The position numbers were made by a program, and so were the translations under genes. From assembly GCA_963847705.1 (NCBI GenBank), contig CAWKBC010000029.1:288001-352000 (forward strand): DNA of 64,000 bases, written 5' to 3'. This document shows positions 28,940 to 37,533 of this stretch, one piece after another (position 1 is the stretch's first letter; each line of letters opens with the position of its first letter). The DNA is from an uncultured Pseudomonadota bacterium (GTDB lineage Bacteria; Myxococcota_A; Polyangia; Fen-1088). The notes under the pieces are model-generated. The model made no database searches and was not told the DNA's origin. It saw only the letters and a list, made by a program, of their open reading frames with translations.

Positions 28940-30112
28940 CGCTGCCCCCGCCGAGGGGGGCGCGGCGACGTCGACCGGGAGCGGGGCCGGCGGCGTGGTG
29001 GGCCCGGCGGCGATCGGCTCCTGGGCCGAGCGTGGCACGACCGGAACCGGCAGCCCGGCCGGAGCGGTCGACGCCGGCGAGGGCGCGGGCGGCGAAGCCG
29101 GTGGTGCAGCCCCGGCGGCGACGGGCTCCTGCTCGGGCGGCGGCGCGAAGGGGACGGGCGGCGCCGGCTTGAGCGGCGGCGGCAGCTTCTGCGGGTGGCT
29201 GATGATCCAGTCGGCGACACGCGCGACGTCGCCGAAGCGGGTCATCTTCCCGTCGTCGCCCAGGAAGGCCATGTAGTAGTTGCGGCCCTCGATCTTGGTC
29301 GCCACCACCAGGCAGTAGCGGGCCTCGTCGTTGTAGCCGGTCTTGCCGCCCAGCACCTGGACGTTGCCGCGCGCCGCCGGGTGGTTGGTGTTGTTGTAGT
29401 GGATGGGCGGCTTGCCGACCGGGTGCGCGTCGTACTCGGCGCGGCGGGTGATCGGGGCCAGGATCTGATTGGCCATCACCGCCCTCAGCATGGTGATGAT
29501 CTCGCGCGGGGTCGACACGTTGCCGGTCGACAGGCCCGTCGGCTCGTGAAAGCGCGTGCTCTTGAGGCCGAGCGCGCGCGCCTTGGCGTTCATCGCGGTC
29601 GTCAGCTGCGCCGGGGTCAGCTTGACCGCGCGCCCCAGCGCCGGGATGGCGCGGTTGTCCGAGCCCATCAGCGCGGAGTGCAGCAGATCGCGGTTGGAGA
29701 GCGTCAGCCCCTCGAACAGTCGCGAGCGCGCCCCCCCCTTCGCCACCTCGACGTCGCTCTTGTCGATCGTCGACAGCCCCTCCAGCTCGACCCCCTTCTC
29801 GGCGACGACGAGCGTGGCCGCCAGCTTGGAGATCGAGGCGATCGGCCGCTCCTTGTCGGGGTTCTTGGCGAAGATCGCGCGCCCCCCTTCGTCGATCACC
29901 AGCGCCCCTTGCGCCTGTACGTTGGGGAGCCCGCCCCGGGTGGCGGAGACCGGCCGCTCCCGCTCGACGTGCTTGTGGCGCTTGACGGCGTGGTGCCGGG
30001 CGGCGGAGGCGTTCCCGCTCAGGAGCTGCAGGGCCAGAGAGGCGACCACCGCGGCGGCGGCGGCCGACCCGGGGGTGGAGGTCCTCGCAGGCCGGTGGAA
30101 GCGCCCCATCAC
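28904..30112 (-). CDS. Peptidase S11 D-Ala-D-Ala carboxy/endopeptidase with Pro-rich tail
   Basis: SISK (SxxK), SDN and KTG motifs; signal peptide. Confidence 0.9.
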   Translation of the reverse strand: MMGRFHRPARTSTPGSAAAAAVVASLALQLLSGNASAARHHAVKRHKHVERERPVSATRGGLPNVQAQGALVIDEGGRAIFAKNPDKERPIASISKLAATLVVAEKGVELEGLSTIDKSDVEVAKGGARSRLFEGLTLSNRDLLHSALMGSDNRAIPALGRAVKLTPAQLTTAMNAKARALGLKSTRFHEPTGLSTGNVSTPREIITMLRAVMANQILAPITRRAEYDAHPVGKPPIHYNNTNHPAARGNVQVLGGKTGYNDEARYCLVVATKIEGRNYYMAFLGDDGKMTRFGDVARVADWIISHPQKLPPPLKPAPPVPFAPPPEQEPVAAGAAPPASPPAPSPASTAPAGLPVPVVPRSAQEPIAAGPTTPPAPLPVDVAAPPSAGAAPGAPPSAVATP

Positions 30113-30120
30113 CTCGACAG

Positions 30121-31353
30121 TTATAGAGGACCGAGCGGCGCGGGCAAGTTCCCCGCCGGTTTGGGCACCGAGATTTTTCGCCAGCCGTGCCAGTACTTCA
30201 GCCGCAGCTGGGCCATCGCAGCCATGGCCGCCGTCATCGAGACCAGGCCGACGGTCGCCCCTGCCATGCTCAGCCGGTTGTGCAGCCGCCCGAGCAAGAG
30301 GCCGTAGACGAGCTCGACGTGGACCCAGTAGACGAGCAGCGACGTCTGCCCGAAGAGGCGCATCAGCGAGAACCAGTGGCGCGGAAAGATCTTGGTCACC
30401 GTGTAGGCGAGCAGCGCGAGCGGACCGATCTGGCCCAGGCGGTAGAAGAAGGTCCCCGGCCCCATCTGCTGCACCAGGTCCGACGGATAGCGGATGATGT
30501 ACGGGTTGTGGGCGCGGACCATCCCCACGACGCGCATCAGGAGAAACCCGGCCGCGCCGGTGATGACGAAGGCCAGCGCCTGCTTGCGCGCGTCACCGCT
30601 CGACCGCACCCAGTAGTGCCCCACGAGGACGCCCACCAGCGGCCAGGCCAGCGACGGGAACAGCGGGAACCAGGCCATCGGACGCTGGCCACCGAGGTAC
30701 GAGGTCAGCGGCCGCGGCAGGTAAGACGGAAAGTGCATCGGGCCGATGATCGGTCCGAGGGCGATGACCGCCGCCGCCGCCAGCGCGGTGGCGAGGATCG
30801 CCGGCCGGCCGCGCCAGGGTGCGGTGACGAACGCCGCCACCACCATCGACGCGCCGATGCAGTTGAGGATGTCGACGCGGAAGAGATCGTGCCAGTCCCA
30901 GAAGCCGCCGAGCACGTACTCCTGCAGCCGAAACAGGTAACCGAGCGCGATCACCTCGAGGCCGCGCCTGGCCGCCGTGCGCACCATGGTCGCGCGATCG
31001 ACCTTGGCGGCCAGCTGGCTCTCGAAGCGGATCGCCATGGAAACGCCGACCAGCAGCAGGAAGAGGCGCGAGGGGATCCCGCCGATGAAGCGCGTCCAGC
31101 CATAAGCCACCGTGGCCTTCGCCGCCTTGTTGCACCAGGAGTCGTAGAGGTGGGTCTGGATCATCAGGAGGACGGCCAGGCCACGCAGCCAGTCGACCGC
31201 GTCGATGCGCTGGCGTTTGCTTCGCGCGGGCGCGGAGACGGAGGCCTGGCCCGACCCTGGTTGAGCCTGAACCAGGCCATCGCGGGGGGGCGCGGGAGCC
31301 CTTGCGGAGACCCCGAGGCTGGACGAATCTGCCGTGTCCAAATCCGCCCTCAA
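30121..31353 (-). CDS. DUF1624/HGSNAT-like membrane acyltransferase
   Basis: RIDAVDWLRGLAVLLMIQTH, FLLLVGVS, DILNCIG and WFPLFP. Start uncertain. Confidence 0.8.
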   Translation of the reverse strand: MRADLDTADSSSLGVSARAPAPPRDGLVQAQPGSGQASVSAPARSKRQRIDAVDWLRGLAVLLMIQTHLYDSWCNKAAKATVAYGWTRFIGGIPSRLFLLLVGVSMAIRFESQLAAKVDRATMVRTAARRGLEVIALGYLFRLQEYVLGGFWDWHDLFRVDILNCIGASMVVAAFVTAPWRGRPAILATALAAAAVIALGPIIGPMHFPSYLPRPLTSYLGGQRPMAWFPLFPSLAWPLVGVLVGHYWVRSSGDARKQALAFVITGAAGFLLMRVVGMVRAHNPYIIRYPSDLVQQMGPGTFFYRLGQIGPLALLAYTVTKIFPRHWFSLMRLFGQTSLLVYWVHVELVYGLLLGRLHNRLSMAGATVGLVSMTAAMAAMAQLRLKYWHGWRKISVPKPAGNLPAPLGPL

Positions 31354-31397
31354 TTCCTGCCGGAGGCAGTGGCGTTGTCAACGTCTTTCCGCGCGCG

Positions 31398-31426
31398 TTG
31401 ACATTGCGGGGAGGCGGGACTATAAA
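31398..31426 (+). promoter_or_regulatory. sigma70 promoter of rplC
   Basis: TTGACA-N17-TATAAA, 12 nt before the ATG. Confidence 0.85.
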
Positions 31427-31438
31427 CCGCCGCTCGCC

Positions 31439-32212
31439 ATGTCTCTCAAGATGGGCCTTTTGGGCCGTAAGATCGGAATGACCCAGGCATTTCACGACGA
31501 CGGGTCCGCCTTGGGCGTCACCGTCGTCTCCGTCGGCCCCTGTGTGGTCGTCGGCAAGCGTACGGTCGAGAAGCACGGCTACTCGGCGGTCCAGCTCGGC
31601 TTCGAGGAGGTGGCGGTGAACCCGCGCACCCAGCTGCCGCGCATGGCCGCACCCGAGCGCGGCTACTTCAAGAAGGCCGCCATCGACAAGCCCCTGCGCC
31701 ACCTGCGCGAGGTGCGCCTCGAGCCGAAGGAGCTGGAGAAGTACGAGGTCGGCAAGGTCATTCGCGCCTCCGAGGTGTTCAAGGCGGGCGACGTCATCGA
31801 CGTGGTCGGCACCACCAAGGGCAAGGGCTACCAGGGCGTCATGAAGAGGCACCGCATGGCGGGCGACTCGGCGACCCACGGAACCCACGAGTTCTTCCGG
31901 CACGGTGGCTCGATTGGCTGCCGCCTCACCCCCGGCCGCGTCCACAAGGGCAAGCGGATGTCGGGGCTCATGGGGAACGTCAAGAACACCGCCGCCGACC
32001 TGGTCGTGGTGAGCGTGCTCGACGACAAGGATCTGGTCCTCATCAAGGGCCCGGTCCCCGGTCCGGCCAACGGCGTCGTCCTGGTGAAGGGGAGCGTCAA
32101 GGACGTCCGCAAGTACGTCGTCCCGCGCCAGATCAAAGAGGTCGAGTCGAAGAACCCGATGAAGGCCTCCAAGAAGGGCGCCCCGGCAGCGGCCGCCTCC
32201 AAGAAGAAGTAG
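31439..32212 (+). CDS. rplC: 50S ribosomal protein L3
   Basis: GLLGRKIGMTQ, GYSAVQLG, KGKGYQGVMKRH, TPGRVHKGKRMSG and IKGPVPG. Confidence 0.97.
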   Translation: MSLKMGLLGRKIGMTQAFHDDGSALGVTVVSVGPCVVVGKRTVEKHGYSAVQLGFEEVAVNPRTQLPRMAAPERGYFKKAAIDKPLRHLREVRLEPKELEKYEVGKVIRASEVFKAGDVIDVVGTTKGKGYQGVMKRHRMAGDSATHGTHEFFRHGGSIGCRLTPGRVHKGKRMSGLMGNVKNTAADLVVVSVLDDKDLVLIKGPVPGPANGVVLVKGSVKDVRKYVVPRQIKEVESKNPMKASKKGAPAAAASKKK

Positions 32213-32251
32213 CGGCGCTCGCCGCCCGAGCGAGATCGACGAGGCGCGCTT

Positions 32252-32848
32252 TTGTCGAAGCTCGGCGATCCTCGCCACCGTCACGACGCCTTCTTCAAGA
32301 AGGCGCGTGGCGCGGGGTTCGTCGCCCGCTCGGTCTACAAGCTGGAGGAGATCGACCGCAAGCTGCGGCTCCTGGGCGCGGGCCACCGCGTGCTCGACCT
32401 CGGCTGCCGGCCGGGCTCCTGGATGCAGTACGCGCTGAAGGTCGTGGGGGGCGGCGGTGCGGTGGTCGGGATCGACCGCGATCCCCTCCCCCAGCCGATC
32501 GCCGGGGCGCGCGTGCTCTGCGCCGACCTCCTGACCGTCAGCGACGGTGAGCTTCTGGGGGAACTGAAGGCCTTCGACGTTGTCCTCTCGGACATGGCCC
32601 CCAACACCACCGGCATCCGCGCCACCGACCAGGCGCGGTCGGCGGCCCTGGTCGAAGAGGCGCTCGCGCGCGCCGAGCGGCTGCTGGCGCCGGGCGGCGC
32701 CTTCGTGGCCAAGATCTTCCAGGGGCCCGACGTCGAGGTGATCCGCAAGCGGATGGCGGCGCGCTTCTCGGAGGTCCGCACCGTGAAGCCCGACGGCTCG
32801 CGCACGGAGAGCACCGAGATCTACCTGGCGGGCAAGGGCTTCGCGTAG
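32252..32848 (+). CDS. rlmE: 23S rRNA Um2552 methyltransferase (FtsJ/RrmJ)
   Basis: ARSVYKLEEI, DLGCRPGSW, VLSDMAPNTTG, KIFQG and STEIY. Confidence 0.93.
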   Translation: MSKLGDPRHRHDAFFKKARGAGFVARSVYKLEEIDRKLRLLGAGHRVLDLGCRPGSWMQYALKVVGGGGAVVGIDRDPLPQPIAGARVLCADLLTVSDGELLGELKAFDVVLSDMAPNTTGIRATDQARSAALVEEALARAERLLAPGGAFVAKIFQGPDVEVIRKRMAARFSEVRTVKPDGSRTESTEIYLAGKGFA

Positions 32849-32866
32849 ACTTTCGCGCGGACGCCG

Positions 32867-34948
32867 ATGAAGCTCGCCGCGTTCGCCCTGGCCGCCGTCT
32901 CGCTGTCGCTGGTTGCCGTCCACGCCCCGGCGGCGGTGCCCCTGCCTGCGCCCGCGGCGCAGAAGCTCGTCATCGACGCGCGCGGACCGCTGGCGCTGGT
33001 GGAGGTGACCCGCACCGTGGTCCCCGAGCGTGCCGAGGCGGGGGCTGGCCATGGCAGCGAGGCGGTGCTCGATCTCGCCCTGCCCGAGGGGAGCGCGCTC
33101 GTCGCGCTCGAGGTGCGCGACGGGTCGACCTGGCGGACGGTCGACCCTGTCGGCGACCACCCCAGGAGTCCCACCGACGCGTATCGCGCCGCGTGCGCCG
33201 CGCGTGGGGTGACGCCCGCCAGCGAGATCTCCGACGAGGGCTCGACGCACCGGCTGCGCCTGCTCCGCAGCGCCGGGCACCGGGACGCCCCGTTCACCGT
33301 GCATTACCGCTTCGCGATCCTGCCCCTCTCGGCGAACGGACAGCTTGTCATCCGATTTCCGGCCGCGCCCGAGCGGCTTCCGCCACCCGCCGAGGTGACG
33401 CTGAAGCTGCGAGGCGCCGCCGATGCGGAGATCGCCGGCGTGCGCACCACCCTCGCCCCCGGCGCCGGCATTGCCCTCGGACATGCGTCCACGCGCTCGG
33501 CCTGGGAAGTCGCCTGGACGCCCCGCGATCCCGCCACGCGCGACGGACCTCCGCTGGAGGCACGCCTGGCCCTGGCACCCCTCTCACCGACACAGACGGC
33601 GCTGGCGTTTCTGGCCCGTCACCGCCCAGGACCGGTCGTGGAAACGCCCGGAAGCGTGCTCTTCCTGGTCGATCGCTCGCGCAGCGTCGGGCTGCCAGGG
33701 CTTTCGGCCGAGCGCGATCTGGTGCGCGCCTTGATCGAGGCGCTGCCCCCGAGCACCCGGTTCGACGCGCTCTTCTTCGCCCGCGCCACCAACCGCCTCT
33801 TCCCGATGAGCCGGCCGGCGACCCGCGAGGCGATCGAGAGTTTCGAGAACGAGATGGTCCCCGATCGCCTTCAGAACGGCACCGACCTGCCAGGCGCGCT
33901 GCGCGACGCGGGCGCGTTGCTCCGTCGAGAGGTGACGACCCTGGGCCCACGCGCGCTGCTGGTGCTGGTGACCGACGGCGCGATCGACGACCATGCCGGC
34001 CTGGCGCTCGATGGCGCGCTGGGGCCGACGCCTGGGCTCGACCTGGGGTTGGCCGCGCTGACCATTCGCCCCGTCGATGACGAGCCGGTCAGCGCAGGCG
34101 CCCGAGAGACGCTCTCGGCCCTCGCCGCGGCGCGGGGCGGGGTGGCGCGCGAGCTGCGCGCGAACGAGATCGGCGACGCCGTCCCGGCCCTGCTCGCCGA
34201 TCTGCGCCAAGGCGGCGATCTGGGTGCCGTCCGCCTCGTCGCCGACGGAAAGGAGCGACGCCTCGCCCAGCGTCTCCCGCCGGGCGCCGGCCTCTCCGGC
34301 GTCGTCACGCTCCAGGGCCGGCCGCCGCGTGCGGTCCAGATCGCGTCTCTCCTGCGTGGCCAGCGCGTGGCGGTCGCGCCAGCCCCCCTCCGACTGGCAC
34401 CCGAATGGCTCCGCCCTTGGGTCGCGGGCGCCGTGCAGAGCCCTCGATTCCTCGACGTCCCCTCGCTGGTGGCCCTGGTGGAGCCGGTTCTCCCCGCCGT
34501 GGTTGTCACCCCCGACTCCGTGGTGGGATCGATGGATCGGATGGTGGTCAGAAACGTTCTCTCTTTGGCCTACATGCCGCGCGCGCGGGCCTGCTACCTC
34601 AATCGCACCGCGGCGACGCCGGCGCTGCGCGATCTCGCCGGCAAGGTGCGCCTCTCGATCGAGCTCGCGCGCGGAGAGGTGGGCGGCGTGAAGATCGAAT
34701 CGTCGACGCTCGGCAACCCGGAGATCGAACGCTGTCTGCAGGAGAGCGCGTTCGAGATCGAGATCCCGCGCGCCGCCCGCAGCGACGCGCCGGTCACCGC
34801 CGTGCTGAACATGAACTTCCTCCCCCGCACGCCCGACAAGAAGGCCGACGTCGATCTGGGGGAGATCGGCAACGAGATCGATCTCGTCATCGAAGAGATG
34901 CACCGGCGGGAGGGGGGAGCACCGGCGCCTCCCCCCACCGCCCCGTAG
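32867..34948 (+). CDS. Exported VIT-like/vWA protein with AgmX/PglI-like C-terminal domain
   Basis: Signal peptide, MIDAS DRSRS and TDG. C-terminal RACY...GKVRLSI...SSTLGNPEIERC. Confidence 0.75.
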   Translation: MKLAAFALAAVSLSLVAVHAPAAVPLPAPAAQKLVIDARGPLALVEVTRTVVPERAEAGAGHGSEAVLDLALPEGSALVALEVRDGSTWRTVDPVGDHPRSPTDAYRAACAARGVTPASEISDEGSTHRLRLLRSAGHRDAPFTVHYRFAILPLSANGQLVIRFPAAPERLPPPAEVTLKLRGAADAEIAGVRTTLAPGAGIALGHASTRSAWEVAWTPRDPATRDGPPLEARLALAPLSPTQTALAFLARHRPGPVVETPGSVLFLVDRSRSVGLPGLSAERDLVRALIEALPPSTRFDALFFARATNRLFPMSRPATREAIESFENEMVPDRLQNGTDLPGALRDAGALLRREVTTLGPRALLVLVTDGAIDDHAGLALDGALGPTPGLDLGLAALTIRPVDDEPVSAGARETLSALAAARGGVARELRANEIGDAVPALLADLRQGGDLGAVRLVADGKERRLAQRLPPGAGLSGVVTLQGRPPRAVQIASLLRGQRVAVAPAPLRLAPEWLRPWVAGAVQSPRFLDVPSLVALVEPVLPAVVVTPDSVVGSMDRMVVRNVLSLAYMPRARACYLNRTAATPALRDLAGKVRLSIELARGEVGGVKIESSTLGNPEIERCLQESAFEIEIPRAARSDAPVTAVLNMNFLPRTPDKKADVDLGEIGNEIDLVIEEMHRREGGAPAPPPTAP

Positions 34949-35053
34949 CGCGCTCCCAACCCGGCCTCGGGTCGCGGTGTGTACGACAGGCCGCTCCAGG
35001 CTGGCGAAGCCTTCATTCGTTTCTCCGGGAGAAGGGATCTAGAATTGCCCCAC

Positions 35054-35371
35054 ATGGAAGAGACCGCGTTCAATCCGAAACGGCGCCTCTGCCCCGACGG
35101 CAGCTGCGTGGGCGTGCTGGGCCCCGACGGACGCTGCAGCGTCTGCGAGCGACCGGCAGGGGCAGGCGGCGAGGTGGCCGAATCGTCAGCAGAGGCGTGG
35201 GCCCACCAGGCCGACAACGAACCGAGCGCCGACGACGCGCCTCCCACCGAGATGGCAGCGGGGGCGGCCTCCGGCTTCGATCCGAACCGCCGCCTGTGCG
35301 ACGACGGCAGCTGCGTCGGGGTGGTGGGCGCAGACGGCGTCTGCGGCACCTGCGGCCGGAAGGCGGACTAG
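35054..35371 (+). CDS. Small protein with two 4-Cys repeats
   Basis: FxPxRRLCxDGSCVGVxGxDGxCxxC occurs twice, joined by an acidic linker. Confidence 0.8.
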   Translation: MEETAFNPKRRLCPDGSCVGVLGPDGRCSVCERPAGAGGEVAESSAEAWAHQADNEPSADDAPPTEMAAGAASGFDPNRRLCDDGSCVGVVGADGVCGTCGRKAD

Positions 35372-35372
35372 C

Positions 35373-35732
35373 GTGCCCAGCGTCGCCGTGGTCGGGGCCT
35401 CCAGCGCGCCGGAGAAGTTCGGCAACAAGGCGGTCCGCGCCTACCTTCGCAAGGGCTGGACCGTCTACCCGGTGAACCCGATCGAAAAGACGATCGAAGG
35501 GCTACCGGTCTTTGCGCGCGTCGAGGATCTGCCGGCCGGCGTGGAGCGCTTCTCCCTATACCTGCCACCGTCCGTGGGGATCACGCTGCTGGAAGCGATC
35601 AAGGCCAAGCAGCCGAAGGAGGTCTATCTCAACCCAGGCTCCGAGAGCGACGCCCTCATCGCCCGCGCCGAAGAGCTGGGCCTCGAACCGATTCTCGCTT
35701 GCTCCATCATCGAGATCGGCGAGCGGCCCTAG
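35373..35732 (+). CDS. CoA-binding protein (YccU-like)
   Basis: VAVVGAS, KFGNKAVR, VYPVNP and YLNPGSE. Confidence 0.9.
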   Translation: MPSVAVVGASSAPEKFGNKAVRAYLRKGWTVYPVNPIEKTIEGLPVFARVEDLPAGVERFSLYLPPSVGITLLEAIKAKQPKEVYLNPGSESDALIARAEELGLEPILACSIIEIGERP

Positions 35733-37433
35733 AGAGCCGACCAAATTAGGCGGCCAGCTGTAAGCGATCGATCACGAAGAGGTTTTCGACGGCGGCGTGC
35801 CGGCGGACGTCGAAGAGGTTTTTTCGAAGGCCACGGTAGCGGGCCTTGTCGCCCTGGCGTGAGTGGATGGTTGCGAGGCCGTGCTCGACCTTCACTCGAG
35901 TTCTGAGGTTGGCGCGGCCTTCGGGGGACTTGGCCTTGCTCCTGAGATCGAGCATGAAGGGCTCGTTTGGGTGAATGCTGAGACTGCGGCCTCTGCCGGG
36001 TTTGGCGCGAGTGCAGGCGTCGCGCTTGGAGCAGGGGTCGCACTTGGCGGCCGGAAAATGGGCGTTGGTGCCAAGGCGTAGCGGCACGATGATGCCCTCC
36101 GGGCAGCGGATGGTCTTCTCGACGAGATCGATCTGAAAATCACCCTTGTCGAAGAGGTCACCGTTTCGCTGCGGGAAAGGCTTGCAGTGCACCTGCAGCC
36201 CTTCCTGTCGCCGCTCTTCGATTGATTCGTCGCCGAGGTATCCGCGGTCGATGAAGAGCTCGCTGAGCTTCAATCTCTGCCGGTCCAAGTCGGCGAGGAG
36301 CGTCGCGCTCGCGGTTCGCTCTGGCTGGTTAGCTGGTGTGACGGCTACGCCGCAGATCAAGCCGGGTGTGTCGACGTCGAGGGCGATGTGCCGCTTGTAG
36401 CCGTCGATGCGCTTCCGCTTGCTCTTGCGGCCGTGGCGCATGTCCGCGTCGCTGACGCTGATGCGCCTGTCCTTGGCGACGCCGTCGGTGATTCTTCGTC
36501 CTCCCCCACCTTCCGGATCTGGCTCCGTGTCTTGAGCAATCAGCTTCTGTACGAGTGTCCACTGCTCCTTCAACGGTGGCTGTTTCAGCTGCTCCTTGAG
36601 CTCCCGATCAAGCCAGCGTTCCAGCGACTGCACCTGCGCCAGGAGCTTCGTCAGGCCCATTTTCCTGGCGTCCGGGTCGTCCCAGTCGATGTCCAGCCCG
36701 GTCTTGATGCTTGTCGCGGCCACCACCGGGATTCCTGCTTCGGCGGCGACCTCGGCGAATGGTCGCCCCAGTCGCTCGGCGGCCGTGCGAACGACGTGCA
36801 TCGCAGCACGACCGATGAGATTGAAGGTGTCCTCCACTCGCCCAGCGCCCCACAGCGGGCTCGCATCGAACGCCGCTCGTAGATGCGTCGCACTGAAACC
36901 GCCGGTTTCGCGCGCCAGAGCCACCGTTTTGTCGAACAGCTCCTGGTCGAGGCCCTTGGCGATCATTCGCTGCCGGAAATTGAAGAGCGTTCCCTGAGAA
37001 AACAGGGGCTCCTCGGCACCCAGGCATCCGAGCACCATCTGCCAGCGTCGGTCCATGACCGTCAGCTCCACGACCTCGTGATCGGGCACGCCCAACGCCG
37101 CCTGAAGTAGGAGTGCCATCGCCACTTGAGCGGGCGGAATTCGCTCCTTTCCGCGCACCAGCTCTGCGTAAGCCGCGGCCAGCTTCGCCTGCAAGGCCTC
37201 GTCGAAGATGCGGTGCCGCAGCTCCCGCAGAAACACGAAGACACGCCGCTTTCCACACCGCTTGACGATCCGCTCCTCCAGGCCCGTCAGCGTCGTCTCG
37301 GTCGTCCAGATCGTGTCCATCGATTCCCTCCTGGAACCGTTTGATCACAATCCGCGATCCGCGTCGATCCCCTTTCTTCTAAGGGATCCAAACGCTTAGG
37401 CTTTTCCCTCAGCGACCTAAATTGATCCGGTCT
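35733..37433 (-). mobile_element. IS1182/IS5-like insertion sequence, 1701 bp
   Basis: Inverted repeats AGAGCCGACCAAATTAGG (35733-35750) and the reverse complement of 37416-37433 match at 14/18. CTAG on both flanks (35729-35732, 37434-37437). Visibly more AT-rich than the flanks. Confidence 0.92.
35746..37320 (-). CDS. IS1182-like DDE transposase
   Basis: FDAS, DADMRHGRKS, GYKRH, IDRGY, Cys cluster and RVKVEHG. AGGAGG RBS. Confidence 0.92.
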   Translation of the reverse strand: MDTIWTTETTLTGLEERIVKRCGKRRVFVFLRELRHRIFDEALQAKLAAAYAELVRGKERIPPAQVAMALLLQAALGVPDHEVVELTVMDRRWQMVLGCLGAEEPLFSQGTLFNFRQRMIAKGLDQELFDKTVALARETGGFSATHLRAAFDASPLWGAGRVEDTFNLIGRAAMHVVRTAAERLGRPFAEVAAEAGIPVVAATSIKTGLDIDWDDPDARKMGLTKLLAQVQSLERWLDRELKEQLKQPPLKEQWTLVQKLIAQDTEPDPEGGGGRRITDGVAKDRRISVSDADMRHGRKSKRKRIDGYKRHIALDVDTPGLICGVAVTPANQPERTASATLLADLDRQRLKLSELFIDRGYLGDESIEERRQEGLQVHCKPFPQRNGDLFDKGDFQIDLVEKTIRCPEGIIVPLRLGTNAHFPAAKCDPCSKRDACTRAKPGRGRSLSIHPNEPFMLDLRSKAKSPEGRANLRTRVKVEHGLATIHSRQGDKARYRGLRKNLFDVRRHAAVENLFVIDRLQLAA

Positions 37434-37437
37434 CTAG

Positions 37438-37511
37438 CGCGTGGACGGAGCCGGGCTCTGCCCGGCGTGGTCCTTGGCGGGAGGGCGCGGGAGCCCTCTT
37501 AGGGCGCCTGC
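37438..37511 (+). repeat. REP-like two-hairpin element abutting the IS
   Basis: 54 of 70 nt identical, ungapped, to the unit at 62531. Hairpins GCCGGGC..GCCCGGC and GCCCT..AGGGC. Confidence 0.8.
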
Positions 37512-37533
37512 AGTGCTAGACTGCCGCGCCTCG

